Source of the DNA: Candidatus Saccharimonas aalborgensis
GTDB taxonomy: Bacteria > Patescibacteriota > Saccharimonadia > Saccharimonadales > Saccharimonadaceae
Direction: 5' to 3'
Assembly (NCBI RefSeq): GCF_000392435.1
Contig: NC_021219.1
Span: 510,001-542,000 of the forward strand
DNA length: 32,000 nucleotides
Shown here: positions 7,898 through 16,282 of the stretch, in pieces
Layout of the letters: every line of letters begins with the position of its first letter
Position numbering within the stretch: position 1 is the first letter of the stretch
Position numbers and translations under genes: made by a program
Notes under the pieces: generated by a model
What the model was told of the DNA's origin: nothing
The model's input: only the letters and a program-made list of their open reading frames with translations
Databases searched by the model: none

Positions 7898-8992
7898 ATG
7901 CATATTGTTATCGAAGCACGCAATATAAACAGTTCGACCGGGCGCTATATTGAGCGCCTTGTGACGTATTTGCAAAAGATCGATACTACCAATACCTATT
8001 CAATCCTTGTCCCAACCAAGGATAAAGACTTCTGGAAACCCACAGCAAAAAACTTTAGTGTCAGGACGATTGATTTTGATAATTATTCGTTCGGTGAGCA
8101 ACTTGGCTTCAAGCGATACCTTAAGAAACTAAAGCCGGATCTTGTACATTTTACTATGCCGCAACAGCCGATCTTTTATCGCGGCAAGTCGGTTACAACA
8201 TTTCATGATCTCACCCTCCTCAAAACCTGGAACACTGATAAAAACTGGCTTGTGTATCACATAAAGCAGTTGGTGGGGAGGTTTGCCTTCTATTATACAG
8301 CTCACAATACAACCAGGATTATTGTTCCCTCTCAGTACACAAAAAGGGATTTATTATCTTTTAGCGGTATTACACCCAGCAAAATAACTGTTACGTATGA
8401 GGCGGCGGATGTTAGCCCGACTCGTCCGCGCGTTTACAAGACTCCTTTTAGTGAGTTCCTTTTGTACGTCGGTCAGCAAGCCGACTACAAGAATATTCGC
8501 CGTCTCGCCGAAGCACATCAACGACTCCTCCTAGACCACCCAACACTTGGGCTAATTTTAGCAGGTCGACTAAAAGATGATGCGAAGGCAAACCAGGCGT
8601 TCTTCAAAAAGCAAGGTTATAAAAATATTCATTTCACTGACTATATCTCTGACGAGGAGCGTGATTGGCTATATGCTCACTGCGCAGCTTATTGCTTCCC
8701 TAGTCTCATGGAAGGGTTTGGGCTTCCTGGTCTAGAAGCAATGACCTACGGGGCACCAGTTGTCGCGAGTAACGCGACCTGTATACCAGAGATACTCGGT
8801 GATGCCGCGCTATATTTTGATCCAAATAATACCGATGATATGGCTCAAACGATTGGACGCGTATTGGACGATCCAACCCTCAGAAAAGAGTTAATTGATC
8901 GTGGCCATAAACAAATAAAGAAGTATTCCTGGAAGCGAATGGCACAACAAACCCATGATGTCTACACTAGGGCAATCAACTCAAAGGGTTAG
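7898..8992 (+). CDS. Glycosyltransferase family 1 (GT4-type)
   Basis: 364 aa. It has PSLMEGFGLPGLEAMTYGAPVVASN (the E-x7-E region) and an overall layout like the 1536-2633 paralogue. Confidence 0.85.
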   Translation: MHIVIEARNINSSTGRYIERLVTYLQKIDTTNTYSILVPTKDKDFWKPTAKNFSVRTIDFDNYSFGEQLGFKRYLKKLKPDLVHFTMPQQPIFYRGKSVTTFHDLTLLKTWNTDKNWLVYHIKQLVGRFAFYYTAHNTTRIIVPSQYTKRDLLSFSGITPSKITVTYEAADVSPTRPRVYKTPFSEFLLYVGQQADYKNIRRLAEAHQRLLLDHPTLGLILAGRLKDDAKANQAFFKKQGYKNIHFTDYISDEERDWLYAHCAAYCFPSLMEGFGLPGLEAMTYGAPVVASNATCIPEILGDAALYFDPNNTDDMAQTIGRVLDDPTLRKELIDRGHKQIKKYSWKRMAQQTHDVYTRAINSKG

Positions 8993-9450
8993 GAACTTTT
9001 TTGGGCGATAATAACGTGCCGATCACGCCCCTCGCCCTCTGAAAATGTCCGTATGTCTTCGTACTCGGCAGCGACTCGATGGACAATTCGACGATCGGCT
9101 GCGTTTATGCGTGCGATATGCGAGCTGCCGGTTGCTCTCACTTCTTCTATCCAACCACGTGCTTTTTCGGCAATCTTTTCTTCACGCTGTTTTTTGTAAT
9201 CCGCTACATCTACGTTGACTCGCACAAGCTCGGCATTTTTGTTGCGCAGGGCCGTAGACACCATATACTGCAGGCTTCTCAGTGTCTCGGCATTCCTGCC
9301 GATAAGAATACTGTTGATATCAGATGATTCGATATATAGCTCGATGATATCGTCTTCGGCTTTCGCTGTAACGGCAATATTCTCACCAAAGAAAGAGATG
9401 ATATCCTGCAGAAATTTTTGTGCAAACTCGACTGATTGTTCTTGGTCCAT
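8989..9450 (-). CDS. jag: Jag/KhpB-type RNA-binding protein (KH plus R3H domains)
   Basis: C-terminal R3H-like segment AADRRIVHRVAAEYEDIRTFSEGEGRDRHVII, in the conserved position downstream of yidC. I chose the start at ATG 9450 (MDQEQS...), 1 nt after the yidC stop and preceded by AGGAGAAG. The track start at 9480 would lie inside yidC. Confidence 0.8.
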   Translation of the reverse strand: MDQEQSVEFAQKFLQDIISFFGENIAVTAKAEDDIIELYIESSDINSILIGRNAETLRSLQYMVSTALRNKNAELVRVNVDVADYKKQREEKIAEKARGWIEEVRATGSSHIARINAADRRIVHRVAAEYEDIRTFSEGEGRDRHVIIAQKSS

Positions 9451-9451
9451 C

Positions 9452-10396
9452 CTACTTCTCCTTCTTCCTGCGTGTATCATTGGCTTTTATTCGCGTAATG
9501 TGTGCCTCTTCTGTCTTTCTAGGTGGGGATGACTTAGGTATTTTTTTCGAGGCCTTTATAGGATTCTCATCGGCAATTATTTCAAGCTCCTCCGTGTCTT
9601 TACTGAGGAGATAGTGCTGTTGGGCTACGGCCACAAGGTTTGAAACTGTGTAATAGAGCGCGAGAGCACCCGGCAAACTAATCATAATAAGGAACATCAT
9701 TGCAGGCATAAACTTCGCCATGCCACTCATCATGGCAGCATTCATGTCCGTTTGATTTGTGCTTTTTCCCTCCGCCGCTTCGGCGACGATATCACGAAAC
9801 TTTTTCTTTACGGTTGACTGCGGCATCGTCTGCTTTGTAAGGATGTATTGGGTCGCCGCAGAGATAAAGGCAAGGAGGAGAAGGATGTAGTCTACACCGT
9901 GGTTTCCGAACGTTGTTTTTGTAAGGTCAATTACTCCCAGCATGGTGTTATTGAAACTAGCGGGAGTGTCAATAATCGCCTTTACAGAAGGAATTTGTTG
10001 AACGAATGGATAGGTGTAGTGGGCAAGCTGGTTGATATGGAGAGTAAAGACCTGGATAACTTGATAAAGTCCAATAAATATTGGTAGCTGGATGATAAGA
10101 ATAAGGATTGAGCGAAAAGGACTAATTCCATAACGCTTATAGAGATCCATCATCTGGCTCGCTTCTTGCTGTTTATCACCGGCTGCGCGCGCTTTTATCT
10201 TTGCTAGTTCCGGTTGAAGCTTGTGCATCGTGCGACTTTGATGAAGCTGGCTTCTCACGAGCGGATACATTAGTGTACGAATCAATATCGTGAATAGAAT
10301 AATCGCAACACCAAAATCCCCTCCCGGTACAATGCTATATAAAAGCACGAGAGCATTTAGGATAGGTTTTACAATGACATCCTCAAACATAATCAC
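9452..10396 (-). CDS. yidC: Membrane protein insertase YidC/Oxa1 family
   Basis: LIRTLMYPL, KLQPELAKIKA, MMDLYKRYGISPF and IIQLPIFIGLY are typical short (monoderm-type) YidC motifs. It sits in rnpA-yidC-jag synteny. Confidence 0.9.
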   Translation of the reverse strand: MIMFEDVIVKPILNALVLLYSIVPGGDFGVAIILFTILIRTLMYPLVRSQLHQSRTMHKLQPELAKIKARAAGDKQQEASQMMDLYKRYGISPFRSILILIIQLPIFIGLYQVIQVFTLHINQLAHYTYPFVQQIPSVKAIIDTPASFNNTMLGVIDLTKTTFGNHGVDYILLLLAFISAATQYILTKQTMPQSTVKKKFRDIVAEAAEGKSTNQTDMNAAMMSGMAKFMPAMMFLIMISLPGALALYYTVSNLVAVAQQHYLLSKDTEELEIIADENPIKASKKIPKSSPPRKTEEAHITRIKANDTRRKKEK

Positions 10397-10422
10397 TCCA
10401 CTGGTTACTGCATTCTAGTATA

Positions 10423-10782
10423 TCACTGGTCGACGGGTTTATACACACCCGTTTGTCGAAATGCGGTTTGGATAACTTCCGCAAGCTCCTGATGAGAAGC
10501 GGTGAGTGTCTCACCTGATATCACAATAACCGCGATATCATGTATTGACTGGAGGTGGGGTAGCTCGGCTCTGAGTATTTCATATATCCGTCGCCGTATT
10601 CGATTGCGGCCAACGGCGCTTTTATGAACTTTTTTGCTGACAACAACAGCAAACCGCGAATTGGCTCGGTGTGGGTTGTGTATATATTTGACCGTCAAAA
10701 GCCGAGAACGATAGGTGTCGGCTTTTTTATACACAAATTTTAGTGATCCGTGTCCATGAAACCGGTAGCTATTTTCTATCAT
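10423..10782 (-). CDS. rnpA: Ribonuclease P protein component
   Basis: 119 aa and basic, with the RNR motif region KSAVGRNRIRRRIYE. It lies downstream of rpmH. Confidence 0.85.
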   Translation of the reverse strand: MIENSYRFHGHGSLKFVYKKADTYRSRLLTVKYIHNPHRANSRFAVVVSKKVHKSAVGRNRIRRRIYEILRAELPHLQSIHDIAVIVISGETLTASHQELAEVIQTAFRQTGVYKPVDQ

Positions 10783-10801
10783 GCTAGTATCAGTATAACA
10801 G

Positions 10802-10833
10802 CAAAAAACCGCCTCGTTGGTGTGGGCGGTTTG
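10802..10833 (-). terminator. Intrinsic terminator/attenuator hairpin between rpmH and rnpA
   Basis: On the minus strand, AACCGCC (10831-10825) pairs with GGCGGTT (10813-10807) across an 11-nt loop. A T-run follows, six T counting the two in the stem (complement of A10803-A10808). Confidence 0.6.
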
Positions 10834-10852
10834 TTATTTCACCTGTCGTGTA

Positions 10853-10990
10853 CTAGATAGCGACCTTGGCGCGACCTTTGAGACGGCGTCGTTTTAGGAC
10901 AGCTCGTCCTGCTTTTGACGCAATGCGGGCTCGAAAGCCGTGAGTTTTAGCACGATGGCGTGTGTGTGGTTGATGGGTTCGTTTTGGCAT
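10853..10990 (-). CDS. rpmH: 50S ribosomal protein L34
   Basis: Below the ORF-track size cutoff. My translation is [45 protein letters not shown] (45 aa), which matches the L34 pattern KRTxQP...KxHGFRxR...GRxVLxxRRxKGR. Confidence 0.9.
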   Translation of the reverse strand: MPKRTHQPHTRHRAKTHGFRARIASKAGRAVLKRRRLKGRAKVAI

Positions 10991-11233
10991 CTTGTATGAC
11001 AGTATACCCCCTTGGGTATATTTATTCAAGATGTAGTTGAAATAATAGCAATATTATTTGTTTGTTTGTTAATTTTCCACATCATTTCGTTATTTATCCA
11101 CAGTATTATAGATTAGGTGGTTAATTGTGGAAAAATATGTATTATTTTCTCTGCTACTTTCAATGTCACTGAGTGGTTGTGGAAAACTTTTATATACCGT
11201 ATAGTAGAGTTGTTGTTGTATGAAGAAAGTTGA
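10991..11233. other. oriC, dnaA-upstream DnaA-box cluster with AT-rich tract
   Basis: One perfect DnaA box TTATCCACA at 11094-11102. TTTTCCACA at 11073-11081, and its reverse TGTGGAAAA at 11126-11134 and 11178-11186. AT-rich run at 11041-11076. The region sits between rpmH and dnaA. Confidence 0.75.
11177..11205 (+). promoter_or_regulatory. Putative dnaA promoter whose -35 overlaps a DnaA box
   Basis: TTGTGG (11177-11182), a 17-nt spacer, then TATAGT (11200-11205). The DnaA box TGTGGAAAA at 11178-11186 overlaps the -35, an arrangement expected for autoregulation. Confidence 0.4.
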
Positions 11234-12601
11234 GTGAGGGAGATGTACCATTCGTTGTGGCAAAGTGTCTTGGGTGAGATAGAGTTGACTGTTTCTCACG
11301 CAAACTTTACGACGTGGTTTAAGAACACCGAGTTGCTCGAATGTTCTAGTGATCGAGTCGTCGTTGGTGTCCCAAATGTTTTTGCTATCCGTCAATTTGA
11401 AGTGAAATTTAATGATCAAATTGTCTCTATATTGAAAAAAAATGGTGTTGAGCCATTGCGCGTTTCTTACGTAGTTAAGACTGTGAAAAAAAGTATTATT
11501 AGTAGAGAGACGACGGCAAATAATAGTGAGTTAGACCATCGAGTTGATGATCTTCTCGATAAAAAACACCTGCCCTCTCAGCAAACCACTAGTTTAAACC
11601 CTCGATATACGTTTGATAGTTTTATTGTTGGCTCGAGTAATGATTTGGCATATACCGCCTGTCAAGCTGTCGCCGCAAACCCCGGCACTAAATATAATCC
11701 TCTTTTTATCTATGGGGGGGTTGGTCTCGGAAAAACTCACCTTCTCCAGGCGGTAGGAAATGAAATAGTAAAAAATAAGTCATCAACACGTGTTGTCTAT
11801 ATTAGTTCGGAAACTTTTGTTAAGGAGTTTTTGGAAAGTATTCGCTTCAAAAAAGCAGGTTTTTCAGATAAGTATCGTAATGTTGATGTTCTCATCGTTG
11901 ATGACATGCAGTTTATTGCCGGAAAAGAAAAGACCCAGGAGGAATTTTTTCATACATTCAATGCGCTTCATCAGTCAAACAAGCAGATCATTATCGGAAG
12001 CGACAAACCTCCTCGTAGCATCCCAACATTAACCGAACGCCTTCGTAGTCGGTTTGAGTGGGGCATGGCAATCGATATTCAGATGCCTGATTTTGAGACA
12101 CGCTGCGCAATCGTCGAGACCAAGGCATCTGCCGCGGGGATTGTCCTTGAGCGTGAAACAATCGAGTATCTTGCAAAAAATATTAAGACAAACATCAGAG
12201 AGCTTGAAGGTGCTCTCAATCAACTGTTAGCATATGCCGAAATGCGCGGCGTTTCACCAGACATTACCACTGCAGAGGGGCTGATCGGAAATGTGCGACA
12301 CTCTCGTCCACAACATGTCACCGCAAAACAGATAATTGATAAAACGGCGCGACATTTTCAGATCGACAGCAAAGAGATTTGCGGCGAAAAGCGTGACAAA
12401 CATATCGTCGTGCCACGACAGATCGCGATGTATCTCCTAAGGAGTGAGCTCCATCTCAGTTTCCCGCGGATTGCAAATGAACTGGGGAGAAAAGATCATA
12501 CGACCGCAATCCATTCTGTCGAAAAGATTGAGCGTTCAATCAAACTTGATTTCTTAATTCGTGAACAGGTAGCGGAGATTAGGGATAAACTATATGTATA
12601 A
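11234..12601 (+). CDS. dnaA: Chromosomal replication initiator DnaA
   Basis: Walker A GGVGLGKTHLLQA, Walker B/sensor region VLIVDDMQFIAGKEKTQEEFFHTFNAL, and a C-terminal DNA-binding helix region FPRIANELGRKDHTTAIHSVEKI. The start is either GTG 11234 or ATG 11243 (MYHSLWQ...). Confidence 0.95.
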   Translation: MREMYHSLWQSVLGEIELTVSHANFTTWFKNTELLECSSDRVVVGVPNVFAIRQFEVKFNDQIVSILKKNGVEPLRVSYVVKTVKKSIISRETTANNSELDHRVDDLLDKKHLPSQQTTSLNPRYTFDSFIVGSSNDLAYTACQAVAANPGTKYNPLFIYGGVGLGKTHLLQAVGNEIVKNKSSTRVVYISSETFVKEFLESIRFKKAGFSDKYRNVDVLIVDDMQFIAGKEKTQEEFFHTFNALHQSNKQIIIGSDKPPRSIPTLTERLRSRFEWGMAIDIQMPDFETRCAIVETKASAAGIVLERETIEYLAKNIKTNIRELEGALNQLLAYAEMRGVSPDITTAEGLIGNVRHSRPQHVTAKQIIDKTARHFQIDSKEICGEKRDKHIVVPRQIAMYLLRSELHLSFPRIANELGRKDHTTAIHSVEKIERSIKLDFLIREQVAEIRDKLYV

Positions 12602-12874
12602 CTTTTGTGTACAATCTGTGAATTGCTTGTGGACCTGTCCTGGTGAGGTTGGGGGATATACTTCCCCAACTAGCGGACCAGTTGTTCGTTTCACGGAAGG
12701 TTGGTGGGGAAAATTGAAGCATTATACTAAAACTCTCTACTCTTTTTCCGATGGTGTGTCCACGCTCCATCCACACAAGATATCTCTTTGGATTGGTGAC
12801 TTTCTCAGCTTTTCCACAGCTACTACTATTAAAGTCACCGTGGTTAGATTTATAAAAAGAAAGGAATAATAGTA
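12602..12874. other. oriC, dnaA-dnaN intergenic part: DnaA boxes, DnaA-trio-like repeat and AT-rich tract
   Basis: 273-bp non-coding gap. TTTTCCACA at 12810-12818 is followed after 1 nt by CTA CTA CTA TTA (12820-12831), then the AT-rich tagatttataaaaagaaaggaataatagtaa. Weaker boxes are CCATCCACA at 12767-12775 and TGGGGAAAA at 12705-12713. Confidence 0.6.
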
Positions 12875-13975
12875 ATGGAACTGTCTGTCACTCAGGAAAA
12901 TCTTACGAAGGCTCTTTCTGCAGCCAGTCGAGTTGCGACAAGTCGAGCGGGGCTTCCCATCCTTGGTAATATTTTATTTCGCACGGAAGGCACTCGGCTA
13001 CTTATTGCGGCAACAAATCTTGAGATTGCAACAGTTGTCTATATTGGAGCAAAAGTGGTAAAGCAAGGCTCACTCACTGTTCCAGCACGTATTGTATCGG
13101 AATTTGTAGCAAGCTTGCCTAAAGGAACTATCTCAATCAGTGTCAAGAAAAATCGGATGTCAATCAGTGCCGGTACCTTCAATTCAGTGATAAACGGTAT
13201 TGATGCGGAAGAATTTCCAGAATTACCATCGATTTCCGTAAAAAACACTGTCAAATATTCCATCAATACTAATGATTTCAAGCAGGCAGTAACACAAACA
13301 ATCATCACAAGCAGCAGCGATACCACACGCCCCGTACTAACAGGAGTCTATTGGCATTCGGTTGATGGGTCGCTGTATCTGGCAGCAACCGACGGCTATA
13401 GACTTGCTGAAAAAAAGCTTCTCAAGACAACTAGCCAGATATCCGCTATTATCCCCTCCTCAAGTCTTCAAGAAGTGCTTCGTGCTATCCATGAGTCGAC
13501 CGAGGAAATAGAAGTACTCATCGATAACTCACAGGTACTCTTTCGCGTCGGTGACACCGAGATTACAAGTCGACTTATCGATGGAAACTACCCCGACTAT
13601 CGGCAGCTCATACCTTCCTCATCGGAAACAGGGATAACACTTGAGACGAGCGAATTTATGAGACTCGTCAAAATAGCTGGTCTATTCGCTCGTGAATCCG
13701 GCGGAAGCATTACTGTCCAGGCCGAGGAACAAAACCAGCAACTTACCATCCAGTCCATCGCCTCTGAATATGGCGAGAACACCTCCTCCGCCAAAGCAGT
13801 TATCACGAATGACGGGCAAATTACCCTTAATTCTCGATATATTATCGATGCCCTATCTGTTATCGATGAACCGTCTATCACTTTCCGGTTTAGTGGCCGT
13901 CTCGCACCTTGTGTGATTAGTTCTTCAGAAAAAAGCTCCGACTATATCCACATCATTATGCCGCTAAAGAGTTAA
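12875..13975 (+). CDS. dnaN: DNA polymerase III beta sliding clamp
   Basis: 366 aa. It has TRPVLTGVYW, LYLAATDGYRLA, RLIDGNYPDYRQLIP and a C-terminal MPLKS, typical DnaN motifs. It sits in dnaA-dnaN-recF synteny. Confidence 0.95.
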   Translation: MELSVTQENLTKALSAASRVATSRAGLPILGNILFRTEGTRLLIAATNLEIATVVYIGAKVVKQGSLTVPARIVSEFVASLPKGTISISVKKNRMSISAGTFNSVINGIDAEEFPELPSISVKNTVKYSINTNDFKQAVTQTIITSSSDTTRPVLTGVYWHSVDGSLYLAATDGYRLAEKKLLKTTSQISAIIPSSSLQEVLRAIHESTEEIEVLIDNSQVLFRVGDTEITSRLIDGNYPDYRQLIPSSSETGITLETSEFMRLVKIAGLFARESGGSITVQAEEQNQQLTIQSIASEYGENTSSAKAVITNDGQITLNSRYIIDALSVIDEPSITFRFSGRLAPCVISSSEKSSDYIHIIMPLKS

Positions 13976-13979
13976 ATAT

Positions 13980-15041
13980 ATGATCTCTCATGTTCGAATT
14001 AAACACATTCGCAACCACAGAGATTCCCACTATAATTTTTCTCCCATAACTGTGTTGTATGGAAATAATGGGGTGGGTAAAACAGCAGCCCTCGAAGCAA
14101 TCCACATAGCCCTTATGGGTACAAGCTTCAAGGGAGTCGATAAAGATATCGTACAGCATAAAAAAGAGTGGTATAAAATTGATCTCGTAAGCGACAACCC
14201 ACAAATAACAAGAGCGGTCCGGTATATAAACCAAAAAAAAATATTCACAATCGATTCAAAAATATCAGCCCGACTTGGGGTGAAACAGAAGTTTCCGGTC
14301 GTATTATTTACTCCAGATGACCTAAGACTTATTAGTGGATCGCCAGCGCGACGGCGGCACTATATAGACCAGTTGATATGCCAAACTGAACCCCACTACA
14401 CTAGCATCCTCCGGCGCTACGATCGAGCACTTATGCAGCGAAATAAGCTTCTAAAGGGAGATCGACCGACTCGTGATGCGCTATTTCCATGGAATATCAT
14501 TCTTAGCGATACAGGTTCTCAGATCATTAACTTGAGAAATAAATATCTGGCAATTCTTGATGCATCACTTGAAGAACGCTACAACGAAGTGGCAGGGTCA
14601 GCGAATAGTGTTAAGGTTTTGTATACTCATGGCCCAACACAGACAACAGAATTACTTAGTGCGATCGAAAAATCTTTTGATGTAGATGTTCGTTACCATA
14701 CCACCACAGTAGGGCCACATCGTCACGACTTCACTATTCGCCTCAATCATCACGATGCAGATACGACTGCGTCGCGCGGAGAAATACGAACACTTATTTT
14801 GTCACTAAAATCGACCGAAGCAGGTATGATCGAAAAGTTGAAGAATGTCTCGCCAATAATTCTACTCGATGATGTATATGGAGAACTTGATAATGAGAGG
14901 CAACAGATGTTGCTCGTTTTATTTCGCAACAAACAACTTGTTATTACGTCGACACACCCACTTCAAACAGTACCCGCACAGACCACACAAATCGAGATAG
15001 CCCTATCTCAGACCGATAGTATTGACGGCGATCAAAATTGA
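13980..15041 (+). CDS. recF: DNA replication and repair protein RecF
   Basis: N-terminal IKHIRNHRD...LYGNNGVGKTAALEAI (Walker A), the signature-like ASRGEIRTLILSLK, and Walker B IILLDDVYGELD. Confidence 0.9.
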   Translation: MISHVRIKHIRNHRDSHYNFSPITVLYGNNGVGKTAALEAIHIALMGTSFKGVDKDIVQHKKEWYKIDLVSDNPQITRAVRYINQKKIFTIDSKISARLGVKQKFPVVLFTPDDLRLISGSPARRRHYIDQLICQTEPHYTSILRRYDRALMQRNKLLKGDRPTRDALFPWNIILSDTGSQIINLRNKYLAILDASLEERYNEVAGSANSVKVLYTHGPTQTTELLSAIEKSFDVDVRYHTTTVGPHRHDFTIRLNHHDADTTASRGEIRTLILSLKSTEAGMIEKLKNVSPIILLDDVYGELDNERQQMLLVLFRNKQLVITSTHPLQTVPAQTTQIEIALSQTDSIDGDQN

Positions 15042-15635
15042 GCGCGGAACCCCCGGCGTATTATCGAGAGTGAGCACGACCTGGGGTGAGCCGATAACTT
15101 TCCAAACCCCATTCATTTTTTGTGCAACAGCACGATAATAGCTTGATGGGTTTTGTCGATCCATTCCCTTTGGTGTTAGCACTACCCCAGCCCACTCACC
15201 TTTTTGGTATAGGGTAACACTATCAATCTCATAACCTGCCATGGCAGCGGAATACTGTTTAGTAAGGAGAGAGGTAATAGCCGGCTGCTCAGCAGTAGCG
15301 AGACCTCCAAGGTGTTGAGCAGAATACGACGGGTCAACAGCGACAGTTTCATCCTTTGAAACAGAAAAGCCTATTTTATCTTGTGCTATATCCTTTCCCT
15401 TGGGTATCAGATAATACTGACCTTCTTTTAGTCGTACACTCCCTGCTGACGATAGCTGTGCGATAACACTGGGCTTGTCGCTGTACTCAATATCTTCATA
15501 AACATCAATACCCGAGACGGTGGACGCAAAAGTAAAAGATATCGTATGGTAACGCAATAACTCACGAACACCCAGGGCGACCCCAATAACTAAGACAATA
15601 CTAATAATACTTGCGATGATTCTTTTTTGCGTCAT
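15003..15635 (-). CDS. Hypothetical bitopic membrane protein, last gene of the T4SS-like operon
   Basis: 210 aa with a single N-terminal TM helix (IIASIISIVLVIGVALGV) and a soluble remainder. Its start overlaps the upstream stop in ATGA (15632-15635). I recognise no family. Confidence 0.6.
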   Translation of the reverse strand: MTQKRIIASIISIVLVIGVALGVRELLRYHTISFTFASTVSGIDVYEDIEYSDKPSVIAQLSSAGSVRLKEGQYYLIPKGKDIAQDKIGFSVSKDETVAVDPSYSAQHLGGLATAEQPAITSLLTKQYSAAMAGYEIDSVTLYQKGEWAGVVLTPKGMDRQNPSSYYRAVAQKMNGVWKVIGSPQVVLTLDNTPGVPRSILIAVNTIGLR

Positions 15636-16273
15636 GGCGTAAAAGGATTTCTTTCATTATTTATTACAATTTTGTAATCAACAGGGTTGTACCCCCAGTT
15701 CGATATCTGATTTATGGCTGCGTTTCGATAGACGGCCGGCGCTGAGATAGTAAGAATGATCGAACTCCCCGATTGATCAGAAGGATCATTCTTGTACCCG
15801 ATAGTATATAACATTGTGTTATAGGGGAGGTTATCGACAATTGGGTTTTTACTACGAAACGTATCACCCTCATGATTTATTTTATTACCTATTACGCCCT
15901 CGACTATCAAATACTCTCCTGTGTTTGTTTGATACCACTTCTTGGCGTCGTCGCTCTTTGGTTCAAGCATCGCTGTGATAACCTGTTCGTCACTACTCTT
16001 GCCTTCTTTTACCTCATAGAGTTGTACTGATTGAGAGAACCCATCTTTTGTCACGGTAACACGGTGAGTGCCTGGGGTCAGATAAAGGGTTTTATCAGAT
16101 GTCTTTAAACCATCCACCATCACTGTTGAATCTTTTGGTGCAACATACACACCAATAGCCTGTTTGCCCGCCCTAGTAATAAGAGGAACTAAGAAGATGA
16201 TACACACCCCAAGCAATAGCACTACACTGGTGGCGATTATAGTACGAACCGTTAAAAATCGTTGAGTTTCCAT
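15632..16273 (-). CDS. Bitopic membrane protein with a PEGA-like domain
   Basis: N-terminal TM helix. VYVAPKDSTVMVDGLKTSDKTLYLTPGTHRVTVTKDGFSQS matches the PEGA beta-sandwich pattern. A strong SD AGGAGG (16284-16279) lies 5 nt before the ATG. Confidence 0.65.
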   Translation of the reverse strand: METQRFLTVRTIIATSVVLLLGVCIIFLVPLITRAGKQAIGVYVAPKDSTVMVDGLKTSDKTLYLTPGTHRVTVTKDGFSQSVQLYEVKEGKSSDEQVITAMLEPKSDDAKKWYQTNTGEYLIVEGVIGNKINHEGDTFRSKNPIVDNLPYNTMLYTIGYKNDPSDQSGSSIILTISAPAVYRNAAINQISNWGYNPVDYKIVINNERNPFTP

Positions 16274-16282
16274 ACCATCCTC

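Noticed and set aside
9451-9480. Longer track start for jag at 9480
   Set aside because: It would overlap the yidC 3' end by 29 nt. The ATG at 9450 follows the yidC stop by 1 nt and has an AGGAGAAG upstream.
11090-11419. 109-aa minus-strand ORF across oriC and the dnaA start
   Set aside because: It spans the DnaA-box cluster and is antisense to dnaA. It is an AT-rich chance ORF.
12648-12670. 7-bp hairpin GTTGGGG/CCCCAAC just after dnaA, as a possible dnaA terminator
   Set aside because: No T-tract follows it. It lies inside the putative origin region and could be fortuitous.
12594-12869. 91-aa plus-strand ORF filling the dnaA-dnaN gap
   Set aside because: It has an odd Trp/Cys-rich composition and no SD, and it overlaps the dnaA stop. 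The region is better explained as the second half of oriC, with boxes, a trio repeat and an AT tract. A small protein cannot be fully excluded.
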